Source: Escherichia phage Killian. From it: a stretch of 64,000 bases of DNA. The translations under genes and the position numbers were made by a program. Numbering within the stretch: the first letter of the stretch is position 1; the number at the start of each line of letters is the position of its first letter. The notes beneath the pieces were generated by a model. It made no database searches and was not told where the DNA came from. It saw nothing but the letters and a program-made list of their open reading frames with translations. The stretch lies in sequence record OQ446694.1; one strand, written 5' to 3'. This document shows positions 59,159-64,000 of the stretch, piece after piece.

Positions 59159-59418
59159 TTAAAGTATTCCCGCAATTGGTCAAATCCACCAATATGACTT
59201 CCATCAGGAGCAAATACTTGCGGCATTGTCAAACCAATTTGAGTATCACGACCTAGTTTCGTCAGAAGCTCAGCGATTTTCTCATCATCAAAAACACCTT
59301 TTTCCGGCATAATATTGATAAATTCAAACGGTTGTTTCTTAACAGTCAAAAGACGTTTTGCATTATCACAATACACGCATTTATGGATACTGCTATCATA
59401 ACCATATACTTTAAACAT
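59155..59418 (-). CDS. nrdC: Glutaredoxin/thioredoxin NrdC (87 aa)
   Basis: MFKVYGYDSSIHKCVYCDNAKRLL... with CVYC active site; 87 aa as in T4. Confidence 0.9.
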   Translation of the reverse strand: MFKVYGYDSSIHKCVYCDNAKRLLTVKKQPFEFINIMPEKGVFDDEKIAELLTKLGRDTQIGLTMPQVFAPDGSHIGGFDQLREYFK

Positions 59419-59419
59419 A

Positions 59420-59662
59420 TTATTCCTTAATTCCTAGTACTTGTTTAAAAGTCTCGTCGTAATCAAGACTTTGGCCCGTTTGTTCTTTATGTTTGTATAT
59501 AATATCACTTACTTCTGATAGCATATTTTTATATGAACGGGTTAAAGCAGATTTAAGCACGCTGTATCTATCAGGAAATTTACCATGTTCATTATAATAA
59601 GCTATTGCTAATTCACGGACTGCCTTTTCAGCAGTCTCCATATATTCTTTACGCTTGGTCAT
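59420..59662 (-). CDS. Hypothetical protein (80 aa)
   Basis: ORF track trimmed from TTG to ATG. Confidence 0.4.
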
Positions 59663-59966
59663 TTTCTTCTCGGTTAAATCGGTGTTTGCAATGACGACAT
59701 TTATATTCAAGCTCTGGTTTACGCCAGTTAATCAATTGGACCTGTTCAGTACCACATTTTGGGCAGTTCGGAACATTCTTAGAAGCCCTTTCGCGACGTT
59801 CAACCATAGCCATAATGGCATCCCAAGCTGGAGGTTTAAAATCTAAATCGTCACAACCATGAATCTTTCCACGCATTTCCAGATCGTCTTCTTCACCAGC
59901 CATAATAATTTTAATTAGACTGGAATTACTTGAAGCTGCAATATCTTCTAATAAGCGCTTTTTCAT
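59649..59966 (-). CDS. Zinc-ribbon protein (105 aa)
   Basis: CPKCGTEQ...CRHCKHRF four-cysteine ribbon; ATG start. Confidence 0.5.
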
Positions 59967-60892
59967 TTCAATACCTCAATAGCATTACGTAAACCATTTG
60001 CTTTTGCATTAAGAGCTTTTAACAATTTGGTGTGCTCTTCAATCTGTTTTTCAACTTCAATTAAACGTGTATTAAGATATTCGCGTTCTTCACTCAGGTT
60101 ATCAATCTTTTCTACTTTAGGTTCTTTTACAACTGGCTTATATGTATTAGGGTTCTTCAGTTTAATTAGAATGCGTGAACTGTACAGCATTGAACCATTA
60201 TCTTCGGTTTCGTCATACATTTCAACTACGTCCATCATCTCCACCATCGTGCAGAGTTTATAAGACAACGAACGAATAGTTTTGTTGTGCTTATTAATTT
60301 CTCTAGCTGTCATGGTGCCGAGATTACGTGAGTAATAATAAGGAACCTGGATATTAATTAATACTGATGAACCACCTGGCTTGTGTGTTACTTCATCAGC
60401 AATAACCCAGTCCTTAACATGAACTGTATTTGTACGGTCATCACCTGCAGTAAATAGTTTACGAGCATGCTTAAAAAGCATATTCACTTGGTCATTGAAT
60501 TGACAAGCAAATTTATCAGCAAATTTAGTTTCAGGAATGGTAGATAACCAATCAGCCAAATGGGTCTTTTTAACATCGTTAACAATAGTAAATTCAACCA
60601 AATCAGTTATAGATGTCTCAGATTTAATAAAGCTCGGCTTCATAAAGTTTTTAATGTTATCACGAGCTATCACAGAAGATAGTAATCGGGAACGTTTGAA
60701 CCACTCTAGCAAAGAACCAAGAGAATGTGAATACGCATTTTGTGTATCTTTACAAATATGGTTTTCCCATCCAATATAGTCTAAAAAATCACGAAGAATA
60801 TTATTGATTACTGCTCTGTGTCCTATCTGATAATTACGATGTTTAGTAATAAGACTGTCAAAATAATCAATATAATGTTTACGAGTTTTCAT
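59963..60892 (-). CDS. Paralog family member 1 with C-terminal coiled coil (309 aa)
   Basis: Shares KxSRLLSxxxxRDxIxNF and LFKxxRKLxxxGDD-type blocks with the next three ORFs; heptad-rich C-terminal 40 aa. Confidence 0.55.
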   Translation of the reverse strand: MKTRKHYIDYFDSLITKHRNYQIGHRAVINNILRDFLDYIGWENHICKDTQNAYSHSLGSLLEWFKRSRLLSSVIARDNIKNFMKPSFIKSETSITDLVEFTIVNDVKKTHLADWLSTIPETKFADKFACQFNDQVNMLFKHARKLFTAGDDRTNTVHVKDWVIADEVTHKPGGSSVLINIQVPYYYSRNLGTMTAREINKHNKTIRSLSYKLCTMVEMMDVVEMYDETEDNGSMLYSSRILIKLKNPNTYKPVVKEPKVEKIDNLSEEREYLNTRLIEVEKQIEEHTKLLKALNAKANGLRNAIEVLK

Positions 60893-60944
60893 GTTCTTCT
60901 CACTTAGTTAATGATTTATACTCCGAGCCATCCTTGGCTTTAAA

Positions 60945-61946
60945 TTACTTAATTAACTGTAAAGCTTGTTCAAGACGATCCAGGCGATTAACAGATTCTT
61001 CCCAAATCCTTTTAGCCTGCTCATATTCTTTCTGCGCTTTATTAGAAATTTCTAGAGCTTCTTTATAAGCTTTTTCTAATGCAATAACTTCTGGACGAAT
61101 TTCTACCGATTCAGGTGAATCATCAAGATTATCCATTAGTTCCTCAAGGGTAGTTTCTTCTTTAGGAGTATTCACAATTTCCTCACATTTTTGTTGATAA
61201 ATTTCTTTATCAGTCGGTGAGTACGCGCACTTTACTTCACGAAGACTAACTACAATTTTGTATCCTTCCCAACCGCGCATATTTTTAAAAGGATAAGTAT
61301 AAATATTTTCTACTGTTTCCATACAAAGTAATGCGGTTTCTAATTGACGAGTTATAGTGCTAGCAATTGAGAAAAATTTATTAATATTCTTTTGGTTAGC
61401 GTCTGGTGTAAAAAATTCATAATTCACAAAAATAGCTGCTTTATTTTTATCAAGCTCGTATTCTTTTATGATAATCATATCAGAAGCCCAAGGATGAATT
61501 TGACGATAATCGCCATAGCATAATTTAGAAGCTGATTTTAGAATTTGCTTTTTGAAAAGTCTGAAATTACTAATCCAACGACGAGTAAAAATATTCTCAG
61601 GGTCTTCTTTATTATTAAGATGATAAGAATTAACATCACCGAACCAATTATATCCTACTACATCTTTGGTTCGTTTAATTTCTTTCCCAAAATTACCAAG
61701 AATATCTCGATTAACCAAATATGAAAGAAGACGAGACTCTTTAAAGGTTTTCTTGATAACATCTTTATCTACACGGCTAGAAATTTTACGAATTTCATGA
61801 ATAAATTTAGTAGAAGAAACAATACCTGCATCAACACTATTGAGCCATTGATTGATAATAGAAATAACGCTATTTTGACCAAACATCGGTATAGCTTTAT
61901 CATCAATAACACTATTGAATGATTTGATATATTCGTTACGAGTCAT
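60945..61946 (-). CDS. Paralog family member 2 with C-terminal coiled coil (333 aa)
   Basis: ORF track trimmed to the ATG with SD GAGGAG downstream of the promoter; ESRLLSYLVNRDILGNF block. Confidence 0.55.
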   Translation of the reverse strand: MTRNEYIKSFNSVIDDKAIPMFGQNSVISIINQWLNSVDAGIVSSTKFIHEIRKISSRVDKDVIKKTFKESRLLSYLVNRDILGNFGKEIKRTKDVVGYNWFGDVNSYHLNNKEDPENIFTRRWISNFRLFKKQILKSASKLCYGDYRQIHPWASDMIIIKEYELDKNKAAIFVNYEFFTPDANQKNINKFFSIASTITRQLETALLCMETVENIYTYPFKNMRGWEGYKIVVSLREVKCAYSPTDKEIYQQKCEEIVNTPKEETTLEELMDNLDDSPESVEIRPEVIALEKAYKEALEISNKAQKEYEQAKRIWEESVNRLDRLEQALQLIK

Positions 61947-61974
61947 ATTAATCTCCTCAGTAGAAAGTAAGAAC

Positions 61975-62004
61975 ATTATACCACATCCTTGTGGCAAAGT
62001 AAAC
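61975..62004 (-). promoter_or_regulatory. Early sigma70-type promoter (consensus -10)
   Basis: Minus strand GTTTAC-18 nt-TGgTATAAT, nearly identical to the module at 16105-16134. Confidence 0.55.
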
Positions 62005-63032
62005 TAGTTCAGTGCATTTAGTGCATTGTTCAGTTTAGAACGTTGCTTTGTCAGATTTTGAACCCTTGACTGAGCTTGTTCTAACACCTTTTCAGCTTCT
62101 AGCACTTCATTGGTCGCTTTAACGAGTTCATCATCTACTGCCTTAAGAGACTTCTCAATCGCGTCAGCGTGCCATTTTTCTACAGGTTTAAAATTTGAAT
62201 TTTCAGTAGGAAGAAAACTCACTTTATTAAGTTTACATGCATCTATATTGCTTGAGCTATACATCCAAAATTTAGGATCGTTTGATGAGTAATTGGATAA
62301 ATTTAAATTTAAGTTATCTTGCACTTCCTGCTTTTTCTCTTGCGTGACTTCGTCCTTTCTCAAAAAATCGTATTTAAATGAAACGATCATATCAAGTTCA
62401 TACGTTGTTGTATGTTCCCAATTTCGCTCAAAACGAGGTAAAATCTTAGACTGAACAGCGGCAACAACATCCATATACTTAAATGCTTCTGTCAACTGTG
62501 ATTTAAGGCATTCGCAAATTGAAAGAGAATTTTTTGTATTAGGTTTAAAGCTAATTCGTGCAGTTCTATTATTTTCTTTTAATGGTCTTACTTCCATCTG
62601 AAGAGTATAACCATCAAATTTCAGGTTCTTTAAGTTAATGTCAGAACCTTTTAATCGACTAGCCGTCGACAAAATTTGCTTTAATTGTCTACGGAACAGA
62701 GCAATAAATCTCCATTCAATACGATAATGATTTGGATTGAAAAATCCAGATGATAAATCGACCTTACTTTGACCAACGCCTTGAACAAATAGAGGATTTT
62801 TATAATCAATAGTTTTACAGAAATCGGTGAGCTGCTCACGAGCCGTCATTTGTGTAATATACCCTGCTTTACTAAAATTACGCACCCATTCACTGCTATT
62901 CGTATACTTAAAGTGATGAATAACACGATTAACTTTATCAGGGTCTAAATTATTTTCACACAAAAATGTCATAACATCACGAGTATAACTGGCATTACGA
63001 ACCATATCTTCAATTTGAGAACGAGTTTTCAT
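62004..63032 (-). CDS. Paralog family member 3 with C-terminal coiled coil (342 aa)
   Basis: ORF track, ATG start; FIALFRRQLKQILSTASRLKGSD block aligns with member 2. Confidence 0.55.
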   Translation of the reverse strand: MKTRSQIEDMVRNASYTRDVMTFLCENNLDPDKVNRVIHHFKYTNSSEWVRNFSKAGYITQMTAREQLTDFCKTIDYKNPLFVQGVGQSKVDLSSGFFNPNHYRIEWRFIALFRRQLKQILSTASRLKGSDINLKNLKFDGYTLQMEVRPLKENNRTARISFKPNTKNSLSICECLKSQLTEAFKYMDVVAAVQSKILPRFERNWEHTTTYELDMIVSFKYDFLRKDEVTQEKKQEVQDNLNLNLSNYSSNDPKFWMYSSSNIDACKLNKVSFLPTENSNFKPVEKWHADAIEKSLKAVDDELVKATNEVLEAEKVLEQAQSRVQNLTKQRSKLNNALNALN

Positions 63033-63040
63033 GGTGTTCC

Positions 63041-63931
63041 TTAAGATTTAAGTAAATCAACAATTTTAATTAACTTTTCACGCTCAGATTTAGCTTTACT
63101 ACTCAATCCAGATAGTCTGAAAATTTCATCATCATATTGTTGAATAGAAATATTCAGCTCTTCAATCTGTTTATTAAAATAATCAATTTGTTCAGAATGT
63201 TTTTCGTTACTACGAACTGGTACAGGTTTCGTAGGCAATTTAGTTGAACTGGATTCATCCGGGCGATAAATTAAAATACAACTTGAACCAATAGGGCATT
63301 TTGCACCAGATGAATATTCTAATGTTCCAGCTTCTTTTAAAACTTCAAAAGCTAAACAGAGATGATGCCCCATATTAACATAATCTGTAGAGTGAGCTCT
63401 GATGTAATAATCGTCTCCACGAATACTAAATTTAAAGCATTTAAGGTCTTCTGTATTATTGGTCTTAAAAATCATTTGTTTATCTAGACCTTTAGCTAAT
63501 CGAGCGCCCAATGCTAATAATCGGCGTTGATTTTCCCACAAATCCGCAATCATTTGATCGAATGATAATTTTGGCATCAGTCGACCATAAAGGTCATATC
63601 CTTTATTATAATTACGAAGGATTTCACTCGCGTTAATACGAGACAATGCTCCAATTTTATTAAGGGCTTTCATAATGCGATTAGATAAACTCATTCCAGA
63701 CCCATTTGTTCGCTGCAAATGTTTTTCTAATCCAAATCCAATATCAACTTTAAACTTATCTAAAATTTCTGCATGAACATCTCTGTCAATAACATTCAAA
63801 TCCAAAGTTGGGTTAAATCTATGAAAAAATTTATCTGGCTCTCCACGGCGAAATACAGTCCATTCATTCATCATTTTTTTATTAGCTAAAGATTTAATTA
63901 CTGCATTGACATTATTAATTACTACTGACAT
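63041..63931 (-). CDS. Paralog family member 4 with C-terminal coiled coil (296 aa)
   Basis: ORF track trimmed from GTG to the ATG with SD GAGGAAA. Confidence 0.5.
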   Translation of the reverse strand: MSVVINNVNAVIKSLANKKMMNEWTVFRRGEPDKFFHRFNPTLDLNVIDRDVHAEILDKFKVDIGFGLEKHLQRTNGSGMSLSNRIMKALNKIGALSRINASEILRNYNKGYDLYGRLMPKLSFDQMIADLWENQRRLLALGARLAKGLDKQMIFKTNNTEDLKCFKFSIRGDDYYIRAHSTDYVNMGHHLCLAFEVLKEAGTLEYSSGAKCPIGSSCILIYRPDESSSTKLPTKPVPVRSNEKHSEQIDYFNKQIEELNISIQQYDDEIFRLSGLSSKAKSEREKLIKIVDLLKS

Positions 63932-64000
63932 ATTTTCCTCACTCAATTTCAATTTTACTAAATACACAGAATATGATTGAACAGACTACATAAGCGCCAC

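Noticed and set aside
1-64000. CRISPR arrays, tRNA or rRNA genes
   Set aside because: No regularly spaced direct repeats and no cloverleaf-like or rRNA-like segments noticed; the T4 tRNA cluster lies outside this part of the genome.

Overview
This window is a near-contiguous stretch of a T4-like (T-even, Tequatrovirus-type) coliphage genome. It opens with three plus-strand late genes: long tail fiber distal subunit gp37 (30-2978), a glycine-rich gp38 adhesin (3012-3794) and holin t (3826-4482). Everything after that, about 59 kb, is a densely packed minus-strand early/middle region in the T4 gene order: asiA, arn, motA, 52, ac, stp, ndd, denB, rIIB, rIIA, 39, motB, dexA, dda, modA/modB, soc, 56, 61, sp, dmd, 41, 40, uvsX, 42, imm, 43, regA, 62, 44, 45, rpbA, 46, 47, a-gt, 55, nrdH, nrdG, nrdD, 49, pin, nrdC and downstream ORFs. 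Identifications rest on reading the supplied translations against remembered T4 protein sequences, lengths and synteny; no database search was run. Several features are T2/T6-like rather than T4-like: a single uninterrupted 605-aa gene 39 (no gene 60 split), an intron-free nrdD, a GT-A-type glucosyltransferase in the beta-gt slot, and a gp38 adhesin with polyglycine motifs. The minus strand carries repeated sigma70-type early promoter modules (GTTTAC, 17-18 nt, TGgTAtaAT) and many GGGC-UUCG-GCCC tetraloop hairpins. Three free-standing homing-endonuclease-like genes (one HNH, two GIY-YIG-like) sit at intergenic junctions. The most interesting accessory loci are the 56-61 interval (HNH gene plus an opposite-strand membrane ORF, where T4 is recalled to carry dam), the 61-41 anti-defence islet, and a tandem four-gene paralog family at 59.9-64 kb. 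No rRNA, tRNA or CRISPR array was seen. ORF-track coordinates include the stop codon; where the track start was TTG/GTG and an in-frame ATG with a Shine-Dalgarno (SD) lies just downstream, I report the ATG start.
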